This document shows positions 1 through 8,031 of a stretch of 64,000 nucleotides of DNA, one piece after another. The position numbers and the translations under genes were made by a program. Under the pieces are notes generated by a model that saw nothing but the letters and a program-made list of their open reading frames with translations, made no database searches and had not been told where the DNA came from. Positions within the stretch are counted from its first letter, which is position 1. The number at the start of each line of letters is the position of its first letter. Source of the DNA: Nitrospirales bacterium (GTDB taxonomy: Bacteria > Nitrospirota > Nitrospiria > Nitrospirales > UBA8639); assembly GCA_965223295.1 (NCBI GenBank), contig CBDCWC010000003.1, positions 1,056,001-1,120,000 of the forward strand, given 5' to 3'.

Positions 1-2
1 TT

Positions 3-632
3 CAAACACACGAGATTGTAAGACTGCTATTTTCAGGTGTGATCATCATCGGCTTACTTGGGGTTGAAGGGAAGTTTGCGCATGCAGCACCTGGCACGGA
101 AGTCTTTCAGGGATTTACTCAACACATCAGTGCGCAAATTGGCAAAGATAAGTCAGCATTTGCTGAGGCTGATACCTGTACCGCCTGGTTTTATAAACAT
201 TCCAAGAAGAAGCGCCCGCCCGTTCCTGAGGCAGAAAAAATCCGTTTTGTGCCCATGGCTCAATCAGATCCTGATGCCGATTGTGCGAAGCGATATCCCA
301 AGGGTTTGGAATCTGCACGAGAGGCTTTTGGCAATACTCAGCAACGATTATCGTTTAGCCTGACGTTTTTTCAGATGGCGCTTGTGAGCGATGGTGATGA
401 TGACCATGCCTACAGCAATCAAGAAATGCAGGATGTCTTAGATGCATTTGGCCGCACCTATCGTAGCGGGCAATCGGTTGATCAATATGTGAGCCAACTG
501 ATTGGACTATTTGATCACAATAGACTAGAGATGCAATTTCCGGTGTTGATGACCAGCATGCAGACTCTCATGAATAAAGGCTATCGCTTTACTAAGGCCG
601 ATCAAACGGCGTTGAATCAGGAGCTAGAATAA
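3..632 (+). CDS. Secreted hypothetical protein (5' end probably before the window), with one EF-hand-like loop
   Basis: Frame is open from position 3 to TAA at 630-632; hydrophobic stretch ending AHA-AP looks like a signal peptide; DGDDDHAYSNQE loop. Confidence 0.7.
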   Translation, partial: QTHEIVRLLFSGVIIIGLLGVEGKFAHAAPGTEVFQGFTQHISAQIGKDKSAFAEADTCTAWFYKHSKKKRPPVPEAEKIRFVPMAQSDPDADCAKRYPKGLESAREAFGNTQQRLSFSLTFFQMALVSDGDDDHAYSNQEMQDVLDAFGRTYRSGQSVDQYVSQLIGLFDHNRLEMQFPVLMTSMQTLMNKGYRFTKADQTALNQELE

Positions 633-638
633 CATCAA

Positions 639-747
639 GTAAAACGTGAGAAGGAAAAAGTAAGAAGGGAATGTAAGGATCAAGACGGAAATGGATCAAA
701 AACGTTTGTTCTCTCTGGCTTTTCACATTTTACTTTTGACTTCTTAC
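639..747. repeat. Inverted array of degenerate heptamers (GTRARAA-like, then TTYTYAC-like) between convergent genes
   Basis: gtaaaac gtgagaa ggaaaaa gtaagaa (639-666) is mirrored by ttttcac attttac ttttgac ttcttac (720-747). Confidence 0.6.
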
Positions 748-1403
748 TTTATCCGTTCCAGCGCTTCACGTGAGCGGCTTCGGACGGTTTGATCCCAGTC
801 TTCTTTCATTTTTTCTTCCAGCTTTTCCTTGGCTTCGTGAGCTCGCATTCGTCCTAAGGCCAACGCGGCACAGGCCCTCACATGCGCATGATCATCCTCT
901 AAGAAATGAATGAGTAACGGAATAGATTCACGATGCTTGAGAATGCCCAAGTAGCTGACAGCCATTCCTCGAACACGATGTTGCTTATCCCCTAGGGCAG
1001 TCTTCGTCGTCCAAGTAAAGAGTTTCGCCATAGGCTCAGCGATGGTTTCTAATCCTTCAGCTTCGAACTGATTCACTTCAACAAGTGTAAAGGCAAGATC
1101 ACGCTGTTTTTGTGGAGATGGTTCTTTTTGAAATCGTTGGATCAGGCGGTCGCGAAGCTGGAGCCGGTCCTGACGGGTGCGCCATTTTCGCCAAATGACG
1201 AATACACCGATACTCAGGACGGTGACCACTCCGATGATCGGGATGATCTCGTCAACGATATAATCCTGCGTATCAAAGTTAAGATGATTCCAGACCCAAA
1301 TGCCTGCTACGATCAGACCAAGCCCCAGCAATCCGACGAAGGGATTGATTGCGCGACTGGTTTCTCCTGGCTGGGTTTGGGTCCGGCTCGGCATCAATTT
1401 CAA
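744..1403 (-). CDS. Membrane-anchored HEAT-repeat protein
   Basis: Two N-terminal TM segments; C-terminal HEAT/PBS-lyase-like repeats (LEDDHAHVRACAALALG, DWDQTVRSRSREAL). Confidence 0.8.
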   Translation of the reverse strand: MKLMPSRTQTQPGETSRAINPFVGLLGLGLIVAGIWVWNHLNFDTQDYIVDEIIPIIGVVTVLSIGVFVIWRKWRTRQDRLQLRDRLIQRFQKEPSPQKQRDLAFTLVEVNQFEAEGLETIAEPMAKLFTWTTKTALGDKQHRVRGMAVSYLGILKHRESIPLLIHFLEDDHAHVRACAALALGRMRAHEAKEKLEEKMKEDWDQTVRSRSREALERIK

Positions 1404-1435
1404 TGGACAAGTATCAATTTTGTTCTTATATTCAG

Positions 1436-1476
1436 CACCCCGTCGCCCTCGCAGGGAGAGGGTTGGGGTGAGGGTG
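1436..1476. repeat. REP-like palindromic element (ccctc...gggagagggttggggtgagggtg type)
   Basis: caccccgtcgccctcgcagggagagggttggggtgagggtg in a divergent intergenic region; resembles a widespread short palindromic repeat type. Confidence 0.55.
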
Positions 1477-1534
1477 AAGACGGTAAGTCAACATTAACAA
1501 GTGGGTGTGCCTGTACCATAATTCGACTATTCCC

Positions 1535-2308
1535 ATGAAAATAACCATCCTAGGTTCTGGAACCAATCTTCACCCGACTCGGGCGGCCGCCGGCTATCTC
1601 ATCCAGACAGATCGGCCCATTCTACTGGATTTTGGACCGCGAACACTCTCTAATTTACTCAAAACCGGTGCCGACCGCCATACGATTCAATACTTACTTT
1701 TTACCCATTACCATGCGGATCATTTCTCAGATTTTCTACCATTCTTCTTTGATGCCATCTGCCATTCTATGTTCTCAGTGGTTCGGCCAACCCTCACGAT
1801 TTATGGTCCTCCAGGAACCAAACGGCTTTTCCGGATGATGTTCCGAACGTTCCCTAACTTTTCGGACCCACCATTTCGGGTAACTCTTAAGGAGGTGAAA
1901 GATCAGCCCTTTGTGATTGGCGGCACTCAAGTAACACCACTACCAATGACGCATTCGGATAACCAGACCTGTTTAGGATACCGTCTTGAGTATCAGAAGC
2001 GGTCTGCAGCCTTTTCGGGGGATGCGATGGCTTCTTCGAACTTGGTCAGCCTTTGCCGACATGCGGATGTGGCTATTCTGGATTGTTCTTTTTCGTCACA
2101 TCAGCCAGGTGGCTCGCATATGCATGCCGAAGAATGCGGAAAAGTGGCAAACAAAGCCAAAGCAAAAAAACTAATCCTTTCCCATTTTTACCAAACCGCA
2201 GACCATTCCAATGTCGTAGCCCAAGCCCGCCAACATTTTTCAGGACCCATCGTGAAAGGAAAAGATCTTCTGACCTTAAAAGTTGGAAAGGCACCCAAGG
2301 TGATCTAA
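1535..2308 (+). CDS. MBL-fold metallo-hydrolase, RNase Z/BN-like
   Basis: MKITILGSG start (ATG 1535), LLDFGP, THYHADH (HxHxDH), FSGD, HMH and LSHFY motifs. Confidence 0.88.
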   Translation: MKITILGSGTNLHPTRAAAGYLIQTDRPILLDFGPRTLSNLLKTGADRHTIQYLLFTHYHADHFSDFLPFFFDAICHSMFSVVRPTLTIYGPPGTKRLFRMMFRTFPNFSDPPFRVTLKEVKDQPFVIGGTQVTPLPMTHSDNQTCLGYRLEYQKRSAAFSGDAMASSNLVSLCRHADVAILDCSFSSHQPGGSHMHAEECGKVANKAKAKKLILSHFYQTADHSNVVAQARQHFSGPIVKGKDLLTLKVGKAPKVI

Positions 2309-2320
2309 TCTTTATGATCT

Positions 2321-2506
2321 ACCGCCTGCAGGTCGGCCAAGCGGGCTGACGCTCAAACCCATGGGCAGACCTTGTTTGAGCCAGGCGAGTTGGGCCGCTC
2401 CCCCGTTACCTGCGGTGGAACGATTTAATATGCCGACTTGGGTGGGAATGGTTTTGGGTCTTTTTGCCGAAATAAAAGGGCCTCGGATGCCGGGCCGAGT
2501 ACCGGC
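2321..2506. repeat. Highly structured intergenic element (probable dispersed repeat or non-autonomous element)
   Basis: Nested stems gcaggt/acctgc and gctcaaac/gtttgagc, then gggtctttttgccgaaataaaagggcc and gccgg...ccggc hairpins; one copy in the window. Confidence 0.5.
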
Positions 2507-2641
2507 TCTTCCAAGCACCAAGGTCAATCCACAGTATATGGCGTAGAATAAAAATGCAGGCGGACACAAGCTTCAATAATAGACCAGCCGATTCTTTGAC
2601 CCAATCATGATTGGAGTAATGCTACTCCCACTAGGAATTGA

Positions 2642-2969
2642 ATGTCGGTGACAACCTTTTGGCAGCAGTACAAATTCCGAATTCTTGGAGCCACTTTTGG
2701 CATTCTGTTCCACTTATCGGCTATCGATTTGATATTCATAGCCGAGAGGATTGTCCTTTTAATTCTTGTTATTGTGGATTTTCCTATAACCCTTCTTTTG
2801 TTTCACGTCGACTGGCTGGGAATTCAGGTGTGGGAAAATGTTGTGAGGGTTAATTGACTTCATCGGTGGAACTTTCATGTATGCCGTATTGGGATGGTTC
2901 ATGGGACCTTTTCTTGAAAGACAAGCCCTTCTTTACGGGTTTGCCAGCTATGATTCAAATGATCGCTAG
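2642..2969 (+). pseudogene. Small membrane protein interrupted by a probable +1 frameshift near 2847-2855
   Basis: ORF 2642-2857 (two hydrophobic helices, VDFPITLLL) continues in the +1 frame as LIDFIGGTFMYAVLGWFMGPFLER... to TAG 2967-2969. Confidence 0.5.
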
Positions 2970-3083
2970 GCTTAGAAGACTCAAAAGAATTGGAGCAATA
3001 GAGGGGAACGCTTTTTGCGGAGATTTTCGTGGTTGGTGTGAGTTAAGCTATAGCGAGAACTAGTGGGGTAATTCATAGTCGGG

Positions 3084-3932
3084 TTACTGGTTTTCCAGCA
3101 ACTCAAGGAATGCTCGGACCCGACGGGCTATTGGTTCTTCAGGATCTTGCTCATAAATACCCAACAGATTTCTGAGCAGGCGGGCTAAGATAGTTGGGGT
3201 TGAGCTCTTTTCTAGAAATTTTTGGTCATAGGCCAATCCGGAAGCCGTAATAAATTTTTCACAGTCTTGCTCTCGAAGAATTGTGCCGCCATTGAAACAA
3301 TCCACGAATTGGGGCGGTGTCTCCTCTTCGAGCTTGACCAGAAAATGTCCAGGCATTCCTATGCCTGCAAGTGGCAGGTCCAACCGATTTCCCACAAAAA
3401 CATACAATGCGGATAAGCTAATGGGAATGCCTTGGCGTGTGTCTAGCACCCGGTTTATATAGCTATTATCAGGATCGTAGTATTCCTCACGATTCCCCGA
3501 AAAACCTTTATCTTTAAACAGAAAACTGCTGAGCAGGCGGGCGGCTTTTCCTGATGGGTATTCAGAGGTAAGCCATTTCGTCCGGAATTCTTCGGCCAAT
3601 TGATCGAGATATGTGACATAGTGAGAAATATCCAGGTCGGGATAGGCTAACTTAGCGATAAGAAAGGCTCCATGTTCCCAATCTCCTCGGCGGGCGTTCT
3701 GAGAGACGAACTTTTTGAATTCATCATGTAATTGTCCAAAGCGAATTTCTCTTTTGATTGCCATCACTCGTGGTTGTAACTTGGCATCGTCTATTTCAGC
3801 CTTTTCAAGAAAAGGGAGGACATCGGACCCAAGATGTGCGAGCTGATCTTGAATGGTCTTCGCGACCTGTTCGTTAGGATCGGACAGTAAGCGAAGGAGT
3901 GCCTGGATTGTGCTAGCGGGAGGAAGGCTCAC
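3084..3932 (-). CDS. SirB1 / transglutaminase-like (Transglut_core2) protein
   Basis: GFSGNREEYYDPDNSYINRVLDTRQGIPISLS, GIGMPGHFLV, VDCFNGG, ILARLLRNL. Confidence 0.88.
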   Translation of the reverse strand: MSLPPASTIQALLRLLSDPNEQVAKTIQDQLAHLGSDVLPFLEKAEIDDAKLQPRVMAIKREIRFGQLHDEFKKFVSQNARRGDWEHGAFLIAKLAYPDLDISHYVTYLDQLAEEFRTKWLTSEYPSGKAARLLSSFLFKDKGFSGNREEYYDPDNSYINRVLDTRQGIPISLSALYVFVGNRLDLPLAGIGMPGHFLVKLEEETPPQFVDCFNGGTILREQDCEKFITASGLAYDQKFLEKSSTPTILARLLRNLLGIYEQDPEEPIARRVRAFLELLENQ

Positions 3933-4013
3933 AATGTTGATATCGGATGGGGAAGGCGACTCTTTAGAAGGTATCCGAGGAGCTTTTCTTACTCTTTATT
4001 ATTGAATACAGAA

Positions 4014-4793
4014 CTAACCAACGGATCGTTTAAAGGCTTTAGCTCCGCCATAGAGGCATAAGGCGTCAAAAGCCGCCAGAACCACGAGTGCAATGCCCAC
4101 TTGGGGAAGCGCTTGGCCCCACCCCGAAATAATGAGTGGGCGGACGGCATCAATGACCCAGGTCATAGGATTAAAGAACGCCAAGACCTGCATCCAACCT
4201 GGCATCGCTGTTAATGGCACTAAGGCCGAACTCAGGAAAATCATAGGCAACGAAAGAAAGCCCAATACCGAAAAAAAATCTCCATGACTTTTGACGGAAA
4301 AGGCCATTGCCATTGAAATGGCGGTTAACCCAATGCCAAACAACATCCCGATAATAAGGATGACCGCGATACCCAGAATGCCTGTTTCTGCGGTGACACC
4401 AAAGAGAAACGCTACTCCGAGAATGACCAAAATTTGCATGCCGGTAATTGCCATCACAAAGAGAAAGCGGCTGAGAATGACTGATGAGCGTTTGATTGGC
4501 GTGGCCATCAGGCGTTCGAGAAATCCGTTTTCTTTATCAAACAACAAATCGACTCCACCGGCCAAGCCATTATTAAGCACGGTCATCACCACGACGCCTG
4601 CGGCTAGAAAACTCATATAGTTGGGGGCCTGGACAACCTGGACGTCGGCTGCTCGCTGGAACAAATTGCCGAAAAAAATCAGCCAAAAGAGCATGGGCTG
4701 AATCAACGTAAACAGCATACTGAATTTTTCTCGACTCAGCCGTTTGACCCATCGGTTGGTCAGGGCAAGAACTTCTTGTATTTGTTCATTCAT
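4014..4793 (-). CDS. ABC-2 type exporter permease (DrrB-like)
   Basis: Six TM helices; DKENGFLERLMATP and NPMTWVIDAVR motifs. Confidence 0.9.
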   Translation of the reverse strand: MNEQIQEVLALTNRWVKRLSREKFSMLFTLIQPMLFWLIFFGNLFQRAADVQVVQAPNYMSFLAAGVVVMTVLNNGLAGGVDLLFDKENGFLERLMATPIKRSSVILSRFLFVMAITGMQILVILGVAFLFGVTAETGILGIAVILIIGMLFGIGLTAISMAMAFSVKSHGDFFSVLGFLSLPMIFLSSALVPLTAMPGWMQVLAFFNPMTWVIDAVRPLIISGWGQALPQVGIALVVLAAFDALCLYGGAKAFKRSVG

Positions 4794-4833
4794 AGCGAAA
4801 TTGTTCCAAAAGCGAGTAAATTTTATTAGAAAG

Positions 4834-5811
4834 TTATGCTGCAGTCGGGGCAGGAGGTTCGTCTTTCAGTGAGCGTCCGGTATGCGCCACAAAAACGTCG
4901 TCCAAACGAGGGCGATGGTATTCAATACCATCTAACCGACAACCTGCAATAGTGTTGGTTTTTTCCATGATGATTGGCAGCGCTTTTTCCGGACCATCCA
5001 CCCGAATATCTAATCCATTTTCTCTTGGACGAATGGCTCGGACGAAAGGTAACGATTCCAGGGCTTTCGTCAACTGTTCTAAGGCTTCAGGGGTTGCTTC
5101 GCTGAGCGACAGCCAGACTCCATCGCCTCCCAGACTGGCCTTGAGGTCTTTGGGTGATCCCGTTGCCCGCACTTCTCCCTTATCAATGATGGCAATTCGA
5201 TCACAAAGTTGGTCAGCCTCGTCCAAATAATTTGTGGTCATGACGATGGTGATGCCCTGCTGCTTGAGTTGTCGGATATGATCCCAAATATTCATACGGC
5301 TTTGGACATCAAGACCGAGCGTGGGCTCATCCAGAAAAAGGATCTTGGGATTTGGCAATAATCCGCAGGCAATGTCCAGTTTGCGCTTCATCCCGCCCGA
5401 GTATCCTTTAGCAACTCGATCCGCATGTTCCTCCAAGCTCACCAATTGTAAGAGCTGCGTAATGCGCGAAGTGGCCTCGTCTTTTTTTAAATGATATAGA
5501 TCGGCTAACAACTGAAGATGTTCACGACCTGTCAGAAATCGATCAATAGCCCGTTCCTGCGGGACATACCCAATGAGCCGGCGTACGGTATCGGCTTCTT
5601 TGACAACATCGTGCCCAAGGATAGTTGCGATTCCGGTGGTTGGGCTGAGGGTGGTGATCAGAATTCTGAGCGTCGTACTTTTTCCGGCTCCATTCGGCCC
5701 TAATAGCCCAAAAATTTCACCATGCTGAATGCTCAAGGAAAGATTTTTAACGGCTTCGACGGCATCATAGACCTTGCCAAGGTTGGAGACTTCAATGGCG
5801 ACAGCAGACAT
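4834..5811 (-). CDS. ABC exporter ATP-binding subunit (DrrA-like)
   Basis: Walker A GPNGAGKST, signature YSGGMKRK, Walker B LFLDEPT; likely start MSAVAIEV at 5811 (ORF track extends to 5844). Confidence 0.93.
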   Translation of the reverse strand: MSAVAIEVSNLGKVYDAVEAVKNLSLSIQHGEIFGLLGPNGAGKSTTLRILITTLSPTTGIATILGHDVVKEADTVRRLIGYVPQERAIDRFLTGREHLQLLADLYHLKKDEATSRITQLLQLVSLEEHADRVAKGYSGGMKRKLDIACGLLPNPKILFLDEPTLGLDVQSRMNIWDHIRQLKQQGITIVMTTNYLDEADQLCDRIAIIDKGEVRATGSPKDLKASLGGDGVWLSLSEATPEALEQLTKALESLPFVRAIRPRENGLDIRVDGPEKALPIIMEKTNTIAGCRLDGIEYHRPRLDDVFVAHTGRSLKDEPPAPTAA

Positions 5812-5818
5812 CGTGTTG

Positions 5819-6475
5819 TTAGCCCTGTGTTTGGAGATCCGCAATCTTGAAACGGATAAGATCGATCAGACGGCGTGCTTGCTGTGCAAGGTTATCGGAC
5901 TCGAGCAAGAACTGTTTTTCCAGAGGAGACAAATCAAGGCCAGCCGACAGATTGTGCACCAGAATAGGATCTGTGAGTGTTGAGGAGCTAATGATCTCAC
6001 AAAGTTCATTGGCTTTCTTGGAGGTGAGATATTCCTGCGCTGTCATTTCCAGATGACGGCGGACGTCCGAAGTTAAGGACAGAGAAGCTTCTGGTCTATG
6101 TGGAGTGATCTTAGCTTGTCGGTAATTCGTTATGACGGTCTGTTCTTCATATGTACATCGATAGAGACCTTGCAACACAATATTGTATCGCCCATCGGAC
6201 AGCTTGTGTGAGCTAATGATTCGGCCAACGCATCCAATGGAATAAATCGGTGGCGCCTCGTCATATTGGTCTTCCCACCCATCTTTCAAAAGTGCCATGC
6301 CAATGCACTGCGCATTGGCGCTAGCTTCTTGCACCATTTCCCGGTAACGGGGCTCAAAAATATGAAGCGGTAGATAGGTATGAGGGAAAAAGACAACCGT
6401 TGGTAGCGGAAAGATCGGAACAATATCCGGTACAGGAAAAGCTTCCGGTTCCACTGAAGAAAAATGCAACGACAT
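5819..6475 (-). CDS. Stand-alone LON peptidase substrate-binding (Lon-N) domain protein
   Basis: PIFPLPTVVFFPHTYLPLHIFEPRYREMV, DGRYNIVLQG, EKQFLLE; start uncertain (6475-6544). Confidence 0.88.
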   Translation of the reverse strand: MSLHFSSVEPEAFPVPDIVPIFPLPTVVFFPHTYLPLHIFEPRYREMVQEASANAQCIGMALLKDGWEDQYDEAPPIYSIGCVGRIISSHKLSDGRYNIVLQGLYRCTYEEQTVITNYRQAKITPHRPEASLSLTSDVRRHLEMTAQEYLTSKKANELCEIISSSTLTDPILVHNLSAGLDLSPLEKQFLLESDNLAQQARRLIDLIRFKIADLQTQG

Positions 6476-6616
6476 GCGGTACGATAGCCGAGGATTTTCT
6501 TGAAAGTCAACGTAATCTTCTAACATACGCCTAATGGACAACATGAGAAAATGCTTGTGGGAAAAGGGATTTGTGCGTTTTTAGGCATCATGGTATAAAC
6601 GATCCAGATGATGAGA

Positions 6617-6806
6617 GGACTGTTGAATAATGATGATATCCTCGGCCACATTTCGTGTCTGAGGGGCAACATGTCAGAAACCTCGGGTTTGTTCAAAAAA
6701 GTCCGTTCAGCAAGGCCGCAGCTCTTTTTGCACGCGGAACATACTGGCATTATGTGAGCACGGAAAAATAGCGAGAACGCCGCTAACGACTTTTTTCAAC
6801 AAACTC
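6617..6806 (+). mobile_element. MITE-like repeat, copy A (full length: left + right module)
   Basis: Ends GGACTGTTGAATAA ... TTTTTTCAACAAACTC; core cagcaaggccgcag...gtgagcacggaaaaatagcgagaacgccgct shared with other copies. Confidence 0.8.
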
Positions 6807-7928
6807 ATGAGAGCTATCCTGGCTATACTGCTGTCCTTCATGGGTCCTGACCTCTTTGCGGCAGACTCGGCTCCTTCGCCCTCCCGTTTTTTCCCTGCCA
6901 AGCCTGGTTATACATATGTCTTTCCGCGGGATCATGGAAGCCATGATGGGTTTCAGACCGAATGGTGGTACTTTACAGGACATGTTCAGGGGGAGTCGGG
7001 ACGCCGATTTGGATATGAGTTAACCTTTTTCCGGCGTGGGATTGATTCGCCACATGTGTGGAAGAATCCTTCGGAATGGGCCATGCGGCATGTGTACTTG
7101 GCACATTTTGCTCTGACAGATGAAAAGACTAAGAAATTTCGAGTTGCCGAGAAAATCAGTCGGGCAGGCATTGGCAAGGCTGGAGCGAAACCTGATCAAT
7201 TAGATGTGTGGATCGATCGATGGCAGGCTGTGACTGTGAGCCCAGCTCATCAACAATTTCATATCCAAGCACAGGCAGAAGGTTTTTCAATTGACTTCAT
7301 TGTCAAATCTCGGAAGCCTCCGGTCATGCATGGAACAAATGGAGTCAGTTACAAGGGACAACAATCTGGCGAGACCTCGCACTATTATTCACTCACACGT
7401 CTCGAGACAACAGGGTCTGTCCAAGTAGATGGGATGACCATACATGTTGAAGGTCTAAGCTGGATGGATCATGAATTTGGTTCGGGAGAGTTAGCCGCCA
7501 ATTTGGTGGGATGGGATTGGTTTAGTATCCAACTCGACAATGAGCATGAACTGATGGCATATGGTTTGCGGCATGCCGATGGAACATTTGATACGGCTTC
7601 AAGCGGCACGTTGATCTTTCCTGATAGTTCGTCCAAGAACATTTCCCTTGAAGACCTAGAGATCTCTGTGACACGGCATTGGAAAAGTCCTGTGAGCCAC
7701 GCACGATATCCCAATCAATGGACGTTGGCGATTCCTGATGAAGGGATTACTCTTGAGCTGTCTCCGCTCATGGCTCATCAAGAACTCGTGACCACACAAA
7801 GTACTGGTGTGACGTATTGGGAAGGTGCCGTCGATGCTGTTGGTGTGTGGAAAGGCCAAAATGTTCATGGCCAGGGGTATGTGGAACTCACAGGGTATGC
7901 GGAACCGTATTCAGTGAAAAGTGAGTAG
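6807..7928 (+). CDS. Secreted AttH/CrtC-like lipocalin-fold protein
   Basis: FPRDHGSH, TEWWYFTG, SWMDHEFGS, GWDWFSIQL, YWEGAV, GYVELTGY. Confidence 0.88.
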   Translation: MRAILAILLSFMGPDLFAADSAPSPSRFFPAKPGYTYVFPRDHGSHDGFQTEWWYFTGHVQGESGRRFGYELTFFRRGIDSPHVWKNPSEWAMRHVYLAHFALTDEKTKKFRVAEKISRAGIGKAGAKPDQLDVWIDRWQAVTVSPAHQQFHIQAQAEGFSIDFIVKSRKPPVMHGTNGVSYKGQQSGETSHYYSLTRLETTGSVQVDGMTIHVEGLSWMDHEFGSGELAANLVGWDWFSIQLDNEHELMAYGLRHADGTFDTASSGTLIFPDSSSKNISLEDLEISVTRHWKSPVSHARYPNQWTLAIPDEGITLELSPLMAHQELVTTQSTGVTYWEGAVDAVGVWKGQNVHGQGYVELTGYAEPYSVKSE

Positions 7929-8031
7929 TAAAAAGTGAAAAGCCAGAAAGAAATATTTCCTGTCGTTTATTCTCCTTCGCTTCCCTTTATACCTACTCCT
8001 TACTCTTTACTCCTTACCCCTTACTTTTCAC
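7914..8031. repeat. Second inverted heptamer array, spanning a stop/start junction
   Basis: gtgaaaa gtgagta gtaaaaa gtgaaaa (7914-7941) is mirrored by tccttac tctttac tccttac cccttac ttttcac (ends 8031). Confidence 0.65.

Noticed and set aside
2312-2569. ORFs 2312-2569 (-) and 2361-2546 (+)
   Set aside because: They coincide with the palindromic structured element and have no RBS or domain signal; treated as shadow ORFs
6520-6983. Short ORFs 6520-6750, 6707-6901 and 6783-6983, and the similar 31490-31828 and 35566-35766 (shared SGVLAIFPCS-like peptide)
   Set aside because: The shared peptide is a translation of the MITE-like repeat; frames and ends differ between copies, so this is not a protein family or a RiPP precursor set
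6807-7928. Carotenoid biosynthesis (crtC) call
   Set aside because: No other crt genes are present, and the AttH/CrtC fold is widespread with other functions
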